Below, one piece after another: positions 44,282 through 52,633 of a stretch of DNA of 60,081 nucleotides. The position numbers and the translations under genes are program-made. Position 1 is the stretch's first letter; the number at the start of each line of letters is the position of its first letter. Below the pieces are notes generated by a model. That model was not told the DNA's origin and did not search any database. It saw nothing but the letters and a program-made list of their open reading frames with translations. Origin of the DNA: Eubacteriales bacterium (lineage in GTDB: Bacteria; Bacillota; Clostridia; Oscillospirales; JAAYXM01); the NCBI GenBank assembly GCA_045652405.1, contig JAZRUF010000107.1, forward strand, positions 1-60,081, read 5' to 3'.

Positions 44282-46921
44282 TTATTCTTTTATCCTCTTC
44301 CTCTTTATGCTTAAGAAAATTCCGTTTAAAACAGGAACTGCCGCGCAGTAAGCGCAAATTATTCCAAGTTCATTTAAACTCAGAGGAACTGTGAAGAAAA
44401 TTTTTGCAAAAAACGGAGAATATATTCCCATGAATATCGCGGCAACGGATACTATAACCGATAAAAGAAGCGGGATGTTGTTAAACCAGTTTATTGATAA
44501 AAGTCCGCGTACTTCGCTTTTACATTCAAAAACATGTATAAGCTGAGTCATAACAAGTGTAAGGAGTGCAGCGGTGCGTCCGGTATCTATATTCCCGCTT
44601 CGATGATAGAGGGTGAAGAAAGCACCCAATGTAGTAAGTCCTATAAGGATACCGCGGGTTATTATTGTCGAGGCGAGACCTCTTGAAAAAACCGATTCAT
44701 CGGCATCGCGCGGTTTTAGCTCCATTATATCTTCTTCTGCAGGCTCAAGCCCAAGAGAAATTGCGGGAAGACTGTCGGTTATTAAATTTATAAGCAGTAT
44801 CTGTATCGGAATTAAAGGTACCGGGAGTCCGATAAGCATGGCGAGGAACATAGTCACAACCTCGCCGATATTGCATGAAAGCAGATAACGAATGAATTTG
44901 CGTATGTTTGAGTAAATAACGCGCCCTTCCTCAACTGCGCATACGAGGGTTGCAAAGTTATCATCCAAAAGGATTACGGATGCAGCTTCCTTTGTCACGT
45001 CAGTCCCTGTAACACCCATGGACACTCCGATATCCGCCTCTTTTACGGCGGGAGCATCGTTTACTCCGTCACCGGTCATTGCGACAATATCGCCACGCGA
45101 TTTAAACGCTTGCACTATGCGTAGTTTATGTGCCGGAGTGACTCTTGCAAATACCGAAACGTAGGGAAGTTCGCGGCTTAGAGTCTCATCACTCATCGCA
45201 TCGAGCTCAGCGCCGGTTATTATGCGGTCGCCGTCATTATAAATGCGTAGCTTGCCGGCGATTGCCTGTGCAGTAACTGCGTGGTCGCCGGTAATCATTA
45301 TCGGGCGTATACCTGCGCGTTTACATTTTTTAACCGCGTCATACGCTTCACGGCGAGGCGGGTCGAGAAGTCCGGCAAGACCTGCAAAGATGAGGTTTTC
45401 TTCATTTGCGTCTTCAGCACCTGAAGCCGTGCGATAAGCAAAGGCGAGAACGCGAAGAGCGTTTGAAGCCATGCGATTGTTTTGGGATAAAATCATGTGC
45501 CGAGTTCGTGTATCCATCAGTTTTACACCCGAAGGAGTTAAAACATGCGTACAGCGGCCTAGCAGTAAATCGGGCGCACCCTTTGTCATCATCTCAAATT
45601 TGCCTGAGGATTCGGCTATAACGCTCATGCGTTTGCGAGTCGAGTCAAATGGGATTTCACGGCATACTGACATACCAAGTTTTTCTCTTGTGATTTTTCC
45701 TTTTAGAGCAGCTATTAAAAGGGCAGCTTCTGTGGGTTCACCGGTCACATCTGCATAGGATTTTGAGTTTTTTATAAGCTTGCCGAAGCCACGGCTTCGG
45801 GAGGGTGAGGCGGTTGCGTTGTTACACACTGTTGCAATGGTTAAAAGCTTTTCAAGCTGAGGTGTTTCATTTGTTCTGACCGGAACTTTGCCGCAGGTAA
45901 AGGTGCCTTCCGTTTCAAGACCGGTTCCTAAAACATTGATTTCTCGGTTGGGAATATAAATTTGAGTCACGGTCATTCGGTTCTCGGTTAGGGTTCCGGT
46001 TTTATCTGAGCAAATGATGTTTGCGCATCCGAGCGTTTCTACCGCGTGCAATCGCCGGATTAATGCCTTTCTTTTTACCATGCGTTTTACGGATAAGGCG
46101 AGAGCTATCGTGACGATTGCGGGTAGTCCCTCCGGGACTGCGGCGACGGAAAGTGAAATACCGGTAAGGAGCATATCAAAAACCGGCTCGCCGCGCAGAA
46201 TTCCGGTAAGTGCGACTATGGCACAGATGAAAAGACAGCCAATACCTATGTATTTACTAAGCTGTGCCAGACGGTTTTGCAAAGGTGTGGGTTGAGTATG
46301 TATACTTCCAAGCATTCCCGCAATTTTTCCCATTTCGGTCAAGTCACCTGTTTGGCGAACGCGCAGTAGACCTTTACCGCGGGTGACTAAGGTTCCCATG
46401 TACACCTTGCTTTTTTCTGAGGAGTCGCTTTCGCTTTTTGCAGCGGTCTTTTCGACCCCGCAGGATTCGCCACTCAACATAGATTCATCGCATGTAAGCT
46501 CATTTGATGTGATAAGTATTCCGTCAGCGGGGATACGGTCACCTGCGCGGAGTGAAACCAAATCGCCGGGAACAATAAGGTTTGCCCGGATTTTGATTTC
46601 ATGTCCATCGCGTATTACCGATGCCGTGGGTGCGGCAAGTTCACCGAGCTTTTCCAAGGTTTTTTCGGTTTTAAATTCCTGGATAAAGCCCATAAGAGCG
46701 TTTATGAAAATAATCGCACTTATCGTCATCGCCTCGGTAATTTCTCCCATAAAAAGCGAGAGAAGAGTTGCGGCGAGCAATATCATAATAAGCGCATCCC
46801 GAAACTGGCTTGCAAGTATTTTAAATGCTCCGTTTGACTTGCGCTTGCTTATTGAGTTCTCACCATAGCGGGTGAGAAGTTCATTGGCTGCGCGTGTACT
46901 TAAACCTTGGTATTCTGCCAT
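44282..46921 (-). CDS. P-type ATPase, Ca2+-transporting (P2A/PMCA-SERCA-like)
   Basis: Has DKTGTLT, TGDH, MTGDGVNDAP and 10-TM architecture with the PEGLP motif. Confidence 0.9.
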   Translation of the reverse strand: MAEYQGLSTRAANELLTRYGENSISKRKSNGAFKILASQFRDALIMILLAATLLSLFMGEITEAMTISAIIFINALMGFIQEFKTEKTLEKLGELAAPTASVIRDGHEIKIRANLIVPGDLVSLRAGDRIPADGILITSNELTCDESMLSGESCGVEKTAAKSESDSSEKSKVYMGTLVTRGKGLLRVRQTGDLTEMGKIAGMLGSIHTQPTPLQNRLAQLSKYIGIGCLFICAIVALTGILRGEPVFDMLLTGISLSVAAVPEGLPAIVTIALALSVKRMVKRKALIRRLHAVETLGCANIICSDKTGTLTENRMTVTQIYIPNREINVLGTGLETEGTFTCGKVPVRTNETPQLEKLLTIATVCNNATASPSRSRGFGKLIKNSKSYADVTGEPTEAALLIAALKGKITREKLGMSVCREIPFDSTRKRMSVIAESSGKFEMMTKGAPDLLLGRCTHVLTPSGVKLMDTRTRHMILSQNNRMASNALRVLAFAYRTASGAEDANEENLIFAGLAGLLDPPRREAYDAVKKCKRAGIRPIMITGDHAVTAQAIAGKLRIYNDGDRIITGAELDAMSDETLSRELPYVSVFARVTPAHKLRIVQAFKSRGDIVAMTGDGVNDAPAVKEADIGVSMGVTGTDVTKEAASVILLDDNFATLVCAVEEGRVIYSNIRKFIRYLLSCNIGEVVTMFLAMLIGLPVPLIPIQILLINLITDSLPAISLGLEPAEEDIMELKPRDADESVFSRGLASTIITRGILIGLTTLGAFFTLYHRSGNIDTGRTAALLTLVMTQLIHVFECKSEVRGLLSINWFNNIPLLLSVIVSVAAIFMGIYSPFFAKIFFTVPLSLNELGIICAYCAAVPVLNGIFLSIKRKRIKE

Positions 46922-47043
46922 TTCATAATACCTTCCTTTCAGCGGTTGTCCTTAATACTTATGATAAAAAAGAAGAGTATATGACGTGCCGCCCGAAGCT
47001 GAACGGCGGAATGAAAAAAATTTTATTTTTCTTAAAATAACTC

Positions 47044-47072
47044 TTGTGTTTTTAAAAAATGTGTGATAGAAT
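47044..47072 (+). promoter_or_regulatory. sigmaA promoter TTGTGT-17-TAGAAT with TGn extension
   Basis: It lies about 20 nt upstream of tRNA-Leu(CAG). Confidence 0.6.
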
Positions 47073-47092
47073 ATTAAAGCTGATTATCATTT

Positions 47093-47179
47093 GCGGATAT
47101 GGCGGAATCGGCAGACGCGCTAGATTCAGGTTCTAGTCGGGGCAACTCGGTGGAGGTTCAAGTCCTCTTATCCGCACCA
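47093..47179 (+). tRNA. tRNA-Leu (anticodon CAG), type II, CCA encoded
   Basis: Acceptor is GCGGATA/TATCCGC, anticodon arm is CTAGA-ttCAGgt-TCTAG. It has a long variable arm and the T-arm GGAGG-ttcaagt-CCTCT. Confidence 0.95.
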
Positions 47180-47181
47180 AA

Positions 47182-47214
47182 AGCTACCCATTGAGGGTAG
47201 CTTTTATTTTTTTT
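47182..47214 (+). terminator. intrinsic terminator of tRNA-Leu(CAG)
   Basis: AGCTACCC-attga-GGGTAGCT followed by TTTTATTTTTTTT. Confidence 0.85.
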
Positions 47215-47218
47215 CTTT

Positions 47219-47375
47219 AAAAGAGGACTTGAATCTTAAGAAGGCAACGAGCGTACAAAAAACGATTCATAATCGTTTTTAGCGAAGTTGGTGCGCAGAC
47301 GGGTACTGAAAGGCGCTGCCTTTAGGTCGTCAAGCAAGTAAGACGCGAAGCGACTGTGTCCTCTTATTCGCACCA
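47219..47375 (+). ncRNA. tRNA-3'-end-linked structured element, copy 3
   Basis: 5' arm 47221-47236 is the reverse complement of the tRNA-Leu T-arm (15/16). Hairpin A, at 47258-47280, has a completely different stem sequence from the other copies. The TGGTGCG box is 47289-47295, hairpin B is 47298-47331 and hairpin C (GAA loop) is 47341-47355. The tail 47358-47375 matches 17/18 of the tRNA-Leu(CAG) 3' end. Confidence 0.55.
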
Positions 47376-47380
47376 AAAAC

Positions 47381-47413
47381 GATAAGGTTCTAAAAGAATC
47401 TTGTCTTTTTTTA
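47381..47413 (+). terminator. intrinsic terminator (unrelated in sequence to 47182-47214)
   Basis: GATAAGGTTC-taaaa-GAATCTTGTC (2 G.U pairs) followed by TTTTTTT. Confidence 0.7.
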
Positions 47414-47514
47414 CTTTTTATACACATTTCATTTGATGTTTTGGGTTGTATAAAGGCGGAAAATGCGTTATACTATAAATATGTATGCCGCAGTTTTCTG
47501 CGGCACGGAAGGGA

Positions 47515-47682
47515 TTAGTCAAGCATGTTCTGAAAGTTGTCAATTAAGCTGCCTACGGCTTTAATAGCTTTTCCGGCGCTGCTTTTCATAGCGCGCTTTT
47601 TGCAGGATTTAGGCATTAAAGTTGCGGTGGCAGCAGCTCCGACAACAAGACCGGCAGCCATTCCTTTTACGAAGTTATTCAT
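47515..47682 (-). CDS. small Gly/Ala-rich membrane-associated protein (YtxH-like?)
   Basis: MNNFVKGMAAGLVVGAAATATLMPK... An AAGAGG lies 8 nt upstream of the ATG at 47682. The track ORF starts 18 nt earlier. Confidence 0.55.
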   Translation of the reverse strand: MNNFVKGMAAGLVVGAAATATLMPKSCKKRAMKSSAGKAIKAVGSLIDNFQNMLD

Positions 47683-47784
47683 TCTAAAACCTCTTTTCAA
47701 AATCTGTCATTTGATCGTCAGATATAGTATTTCACGCATGATTGGTATTATTGCAAGGTAGTTTGTGGGAATAGGAGAAATGTT

Positions 47785-48357
47785 ATGAAAAAATTTTTAT
47801 GCGTTACTGTGATTGCATGCATTTTAGCACTTCTTTGCTCGTGTTCAGGGGATGAGGTTCCGGTGTATGACCCAACTGCAGTTGCACCCGAAACACGCGA
47901 GGAGTTGTATTCATACTATGACCAGATAAAGCGCAACATGACGCGCGAGCAGATAGAGGACTTGTTTGGAAAAGGTGAAATCAAGTACGATGAGGACGGT
48001 ATAGAGATGTACCGCAGCTACCGCAACGAGAAGAAGAGTGCTGGCGTAAATATCATATACAAGCCAAATGATACGGTTTACGGCAAAATTCTTTATTACA
48101 ACAAAGCCGCGGACCTTGTACCGTTTTCAAATGAGTATACGGAAGATAGAATTCCTGAAATTAAGGAAGGTCAGCTTCTTGCAAAGGCAGAAGAGGTGTT
48201 TGGAAAGCCTTTGGAAATCGCGTGTACTTACAGTGATGAAACCGTCGGGCAGACATCTCGGATTCATTCTTGGTTTAATGCAGACGGCACCAATTTTCAA
48301 GTGCACACGACCGATAATATTATAACCTCGCGCGTACTCAATAAGCCTGAGAGGTAA
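47785..48357 (+). CDS. lipoprotein of unknown function
   Basis: Signal peptide with a lipobox (ILALLCSC). Confidence 0.7.
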   Translation: MKKFLCVTVIACILALLCSCSGDEVPVYDPTAVAPETREELYSYYDQIKRNMTREQIEDLFGKGEIKYDEDGIEMYRSYRNEKKSAGVNIIYKPNDTVYGKILYYNKAADLVPFSNEYTEDRIPEIKEGQLLAKAEEVFGKPLEIACTYSDETVGQTSRIHSWFNADGTNFQVHTTDNIITSRVLNKPER

Positions 48358-48410
48358 GATTTGTAAAATACAGAAAAATAATATATTAAAAATTTTCGGG
48401 GTGGGTAATT

Positions 48411-49025
48411 ATGCTTACGGTAAATAATACGAGTGTTATGAATTTTGAAAATGCACTGCGCGGAGCGCGAAATCCGATGTGCAGCTGGAACCGTATGGAC
48501 AGTAGCTATGATGCGGATGGGAATTTCTGTATAGGTGATGCGGATTTGGATTTGGCATCACGGCTTTGCCGAGCGGGAAGTGACCACAGAAAATTCCTGC
48601 GTCAGATATTTGTATCTGTGGATATAACCGCGCCGCTGTATTGGTGGAAAGAGTTTGATACATATAAGGTAGGCACAGTTGCAAACTCGACGAGTACCAT
48701 GCATAAAATCCACAGCCAGCCGTTTTCGATAGAGCAGTTTAGCTGCGATAAGATGACCCCTCAAACATATGCTTTTATGGAAAGTGTAATAGATAAACTG
48801 GAAGAAATCCGTCTTAGATATTTGGAGAATAAAGATAAGAAGGATTGGTATGATTTAATTCAGCTCTTGCCGTCGAGTTATCATCAAATGCGAACGGTTA
48901 CTTTAAATTATGAAATCCTCATCAATATCTATAATGCGCGCAAGGAGCATAAGCTAACGGAATGGCACGTATTTTGTGATTGGATAAAGAGCTTGCCTTA
49001 TGCGGATAAGCTTATAACTTTCTAA
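48411..49025 (+). CDS. ThyX-fold (FAD-dependent thymidylate synthase-like) protein lacking the RHR/SxRY motifs
   Basis: It aligns by eye to ThyX. [40 protein letters not shown] matches [72 protein letters not shown] matches [33 protein letters not shown]. Confidence 0.5.
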   Translation: [204 protein letters not shown]

Positions 49026-49107
49026 ACCTGCAGGGGAAAGAAAATGCAGTGGGGAGGAGTTGCGCGAGAGGGCATCTCCTCTTTTTACATGTGTGGGATT
49101 AAGGGAT

Positions 49108-49725
49108 ATGAGCAGAGTGGAGATAGGGAAATTATTCCTGTGCGTGATTTCCATTATAAGCTTGATGGGGTGTAAGGAAGAAAATTACAGCATTTCCATA
49201 AAACATGAAGAAATCTATATGGATGTTAACAGTGTGTGCAATTTACCTGCAATAGTATCTCCGAGCGATGCGGAGGTTACATACCACAGCTCGGATGAAA
49301 GTATAGCTTGGTACAGCAACGATTTACTCATTTCAGGAAAACCCGGAAAATGTGTAGTATACGTGACAGCCGGAGATTCGGCAAGTGAATTGGTTACCGT
49401 GCACGTGCATGATTTTTTAAAAGAAGCAGGCGAGCTTCGTGAAAGGATAGAAAAGCTGTACACAGAAGGGCGAATGAGCGAATTTATCGCCAAGGAACTT
49501 AGCTTAAGATATAACACATTTCCGGATTATGCAAAGTCCGTGGTTGATAATTTTTATATAGTAAGCATGTATAGGGATTACAGCGACGAAAAGCAGGTGT
49601 ATATCACACAGTCCGGCAAGAAATACCACGAGGTAGGATGTGGTAAGCTTAAGGGCCATGTGCGCGCGATACCATATAATCTTGCCCTAATTGAGGGTAT
49701 GACGGCGTGTACGCAGTGCAACTGA
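49108..49725 (+). CDS. lipoprotein with Ig-like (Big_2-type) domain and a C-terminal KYH..C..(n)..CxxC motif
   Basis: Lipobox SLMGC, an Ig-like segment (VTYHSSDESIAWYSN...GKCVVYVTAGD), and a C-terminal GKKYHEVGCGKL...CTQCN. The start is uncertain: 49060 on the track, 49108 preferred. Confidence 0.6.
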   Translation: MSRVEIGKLFLCVISIISLMGCKEENYSISIKHEEIYMDVNSVCNLPAIVSPSDAEVTYHSSDESIAWYSNDLLISGKPGKCVVYVTAGDSASELVTVHVHDFLKEAGELRERIEKLYTEGRMSEFIAKELSLRYNTFPDYAKSVVDNFYIVSMYRDYSDEKQVYITQSGKKYHEVGCGKLKGHVRAIPYNLALIEGMTACTQCN

Positions 49726-49827
49726 GTTATAAGGATAAAATAACCACGAAAAATAAGGGAACTTTATGGGCATGTACTATGTCATAATTATAGAGATATT
49801 AAAAAGAGACCTCCGGAGGATAAAGAG

Positions 49828-52176
49828 ATGAATTTTTTTAGGAAAGTGACCGCGTTGGTGTTTGTTGCGGTGCTTGCAGTACAGATGTTTTCTGCAATGC
49901 CAGCAGCTAAAGCCGCACAAGCTGATATGCGCGCTGTGTGGGTATCAACCATATACGGTTTGGATTACCCGAATAAAGCCACAACAAATCCGCAGGAGCT
50001 GATGGAGCAGGCGGATGTGATAATTGCAAACACTAAGGCTATGGGGATGAATGCGATAATTCTTCAGGTAAGACCATCTGCGGATGCTCTTTATAAGTCG
50101 GATTTATTTCCTTGGAGCAAGTATTTAACCGGAAGTCAGAACATTGCACCGGAGGATGGATTTGACCCGCTTGAGTACTGGGTGGCAAAAGCGCACGAAA
50201 ATGGGCTTGAGCTTCATGCGTGGGTAAATCCGTTTCGCATTGCAGTAAGTGAGGATGAGTATAATTCGCTTTCGGATAAAAATCCAGCGCGTATTAATCC
50301 GCAGTGGGTTGTAGAGCACGGCGGGCAATATTACTTTAATCCGGGGATAGAAGAAGTGCGCGAGCTAATTGTAACCGGAGTAGAAGAAATTATTGCTAAT
50401 TACCCTGTAGACGGAATTCATCTTGATGACTATTTTTATCCTGCATCCTCTTTTGCCGATGAGGATACATACGCAGAATACGGCAGTGGGTTTAAAGAGA
50501 TTGGCGATTGGCGGCGCGATAATATAAATAAGTTGGTCTCATCACTCAGCGAGGTGGCGGACAGAAAGGACCGTGAGGTAAAGTTCGGAATAAGCGTAGC
50601 CGGAATATGGGCTAATGCGAAGAATATGGATGGCGGTTCCGACACCGGCGGAAATCAAAGCTATTTTTCAAGCTATGCAGATTCGCGTGAGTGGGTAAAG
50701 AGAGAGTGGGTGGATTATATTTGCCCGCAGATATACTGGTATATAGGGCATAGCCTGGCAGATTACCAAACACTCGTTAATTGGTGGGCGGATACCGTCA
50801 AAGACAGCGATGTTTCACTCTACATCGGAATGGCAGATTATCAGGCGGGGAATGCCGATACTACAAGCCCTTGGCACGGAATAAAGGAGATAAAACGGCA
50901 GACTGAGCTCAACCGCAGTATTCCGGAGATAACCGGAGAAGTGCATTTCAGATACAAGTTCTTAGCTGAGAACGAGGATTTGTATTTGTTCTACCGTCAG
51001 TTATACGGCGGTGAAGGATACAGTGCATATCAGGAAAAGAAGCTTATAACACATCCGGCATATATGCAAGGCTCGAAAAATAAGTTTAAGCCGGACGGAA
51101 AGCTTACGCGTGCAGAAGCTGCTATTCTTTTTGCAAGGCTTATGACTGATGAGGACGGAAAAGCAATTTTTGATGAGAATTCAAACTATAAGACCTCGTT
51201 TAAGGACGTTTCCAAAAATGCGTGGTATGCCAATGCAGTAGGCTTTATGGAAAAGCATAAGGTGATATCAGGATATTCAGACGGAACATATCTTCCGGAT
51301 AAAACCATAACACGCGCTGAATTTACAGCACTTGTCGCGCGTTTTGAAGGTGATGAGAAGGAGATTACAAGCACAGATTTTCAGGATGTATCGGATGCGC
51401 ACTGGGCAGCTGGGTATATAGCAAGTTCGGTAAAGAAAGGGTATATTTCAGGATATGGTGACGGAAGCTTTAAACCGGAAAATCAGATAACGCGTGCGGA
51501 GACGGTTAAAATAGTAAATCGCATGCTTGGAAGAGCACCGGATAAAGGATATATCGACAGCGCGCCCGGCGTAAATTCCTTTACTGATATTACACCTAAG
51601 CACTGGGCATATTACGAGGTTATGGAAGCGACATATGAGCATAAATGCGCGGTGGAAGCCGGAGTAGAGGAGTGGGACGACAGCGACGGAAAGCCGATGA
51701 TACCTTATATCTCCGATACCTTTAAATTTGTATTGCCTGACCTTATTACCACAGACCCGCTTGTGCCTTTGGATTTGAGTAAAATTGAGGGCCTTGCACT
51801 CCATCACATGGCGCACCCGACTGCGGACTTTAAAACCGTGGAAAAATGGCACTTGAACCAAGGGTGGAGAGCGTTTGGATATAATTTCTGGATTGATTTT
51901 AAAGGGAATGTCTATGTAGGTCGCGGATGGAATGTGGGCGCAGGTGTAGCAAACCGCAACAGTACCCTGATTAGCATTGGATTCCAAGGTGATTATGAAG
52001 ATACTAATAAAAAAATGCCGACTGCGCAGTACAAGGCGGGCGTTGAGCTTATAAAGTGGATAGCTGAGCGTGTTCCGAGTGTTAAAGAGGTGGGTGGGCA
52101 TTGCGATTATAATGCCACACTGTGCCCAGGCAAGTATTTTCCGCTAAAAAAGATGCGGATTGAGGCGGGATTTTAA
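49828..52176 (+). CDS. secreted multidomain wall enzyme: GHL10 (DUF187) glycosyl-hydrolase-like domain + 3 SLH repeats + N-acetylmuramoyl-L-alanine amidase (Amidase_2)
   Basis: Signal peptide, then a MRAVWVST...HAWVNPF block. Three repeats of the F.DV....WA...V......ISGY.DG.F.P...ITRAE type follow. The C-terminus has HH.A....DF..V..WH...GW...GYNF.I...G. Confidence 0.8.
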   Translation: MNFFRKVTALVFVAVLAVQMFSAMPAAKAAQADMRAVWVSTIYGLDYPNKATTNPQELMEQADVIIANTKAMGMNAIILQVRPSADALYKSDLFPWSKYLTGSQNIAPEDGFDPLEYWVAKAHENGLELHAWVNPFRIAVSEDEYNSLSDKNPARINPQWVVEHGGQYYFNPGIEEVRELIVTGVEEIIANYPVDGIHLDDYFYPASSFADEDTYAEYGSGFKEIGDWRRDNINKLVSSLSEVADRKDREVKFGISVAGIWANAKNMDGGSDTGGNQSYFSSYADSREWVKREWVDYICPQIYWYIGHSLADYQTLVNWWADTVKDSDVSLYIGMADYQAGNADTTSPWHGIKEIKRQTELNRSIPEITGEVHFRYKFLAENEDLYLFYRQLYGGEGYSAYQEKKLITHPAYMQGSKNKFKPDGKLTRAEAAILFARLMTDEDGKAIFDENSNYKTSFKDVSKNAWYANAVGFMEKHKVISGYSDGTYLPDKTITRAEFTALVARFEGDEKEITSTDFQDVSDAHWAAGYIASSVKKGYISGYGDGSFKPENQITRAETVKIVNRMLGRAPDKGYIDSAPGVNSFTDITPKHWAYYEVMEATYEHKCAVEAGVEEWDDSDGKPMIPYISDTFKFVLPDLITTDPLVPLDLSKIEGLALHHMAHPTADFKTVEKWHLNQGWRAFGYNFWIDFKGNVYVGRGWNVGAGVANRNSTLISIGFQGDYEDTNKKMPTAQYKAGVELIKWIAERVPSVKEVGGHCDYNATLCPGKYFPLKKMRIEAGF

Positions 52177-52193
52177 GCGTTTGTAAATGGAGT

Positions 52194-52238
52194 AACCGTG
52201 AGGACAATTTACCGTCCTCACGGTTGAAAAAATTTTTT
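52194..52238 (+). terminator. intrinsic terminator
   Basis: AACCGTGAGGAC-8 nt-GTCCTCACGGTT, then a T-run after a short A-run. Confidence 0.7.
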
Positions 52239-52258
52239 GAGTTTTTTTGATTTCAGTA

Positions 52259-52287
52259 TTGACAAATACGATAAAAACAGATATAAT
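52259..52287 (+). promoter_or_regulatory. consensus sigmaA promoter TTGACA-17-TATAAT
   Basis: Exact hexamers lie about 30 nt upstream of tRNA-Leu(GAG). Confidence 0.8.
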
Positions 52288-52318
52288 AGTCCTGCTGCTG
52301 TAAAAATGGCGGCGATGC

Positions 52319-52402
52319 GCGAGTGTGCTGGAACTGGCAGACAGGCACGTTTGAGGGGCGTGTGCTTATGGCGTACGGGTTCAAGTCCCGTCACTCGCAC
52401 CA
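52319..52402 (+). tRNA. tRNA-Leu (anticodon GAG), type II, CCA encoded
   Basis: Acceptor is GCGAGTG/CACTCGC, anticodon arm is CACGT-ttGAGgg-GCGTG. It has a long variable arm and the T-arm ACGGG-ttcaagt-CCCGT. Confidence 0.9.
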
Positions 52403-52405
52403 AAT

Positions 52406-52437
52406 AAAAAAAGAACACCTATGGGTGTTCTTTTTTT
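52406..52437 (+). terminator. intrinsic terminator of tRNA-Leu(GAG)
   Basis: AGAACACC-tatg-GGTGTTCT followed by TTTTTT. Confidence 0.85.
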
Positions 52438-52450
52438 ATTTTATGATATC

Positions 52451-52598
52451 AGAAGGGACTTGAAGCCTAAGAGGGTTTTTGCGTAAAACAAAACAGTCCG
52501 GTGGACTGTTTTGTAGCAAAAAGGTGCGAAGACGGGTACTGCAAAGCGGTCGTCGAGCAAATAGTATGCGAAGCATACGTGTCCCGTCACTCGCACCA
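52451..52598 (+). ncRNA. tRNA-3'-end-linked structured element, copy 4
   Basis: 5' arm 52455-52464 is the reverse complement of the T-loop and T-stem of tRNA-Leu(GAG) (10/10, with partial matches beyond). Hairpin A is 52489-52513 and the GGTGCGA box is 52523-52529. Hairpin B, at 52531-52554, is minimal (ACTGC-aaa-GCGGT). Hairpin C (GAA loop) is 52564-52578. The tail 52581-52598 is identical to the last 18 nt of the tRNA. Confidence 0.55.
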
Positions 52599-52601
52599 AA
52601 T

Positions 52602-52633
52602 AAAAAAAGAACACCTATGGGTGTTCTTTTTTT
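52602..52633 (+). terminator. intrinsic terminator (exact duplicate of 52406-52437)
   Basis: It is part of the 54/54 identical direct repeat 52385-52438 = 52581-52634. Confidence 0.85.
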
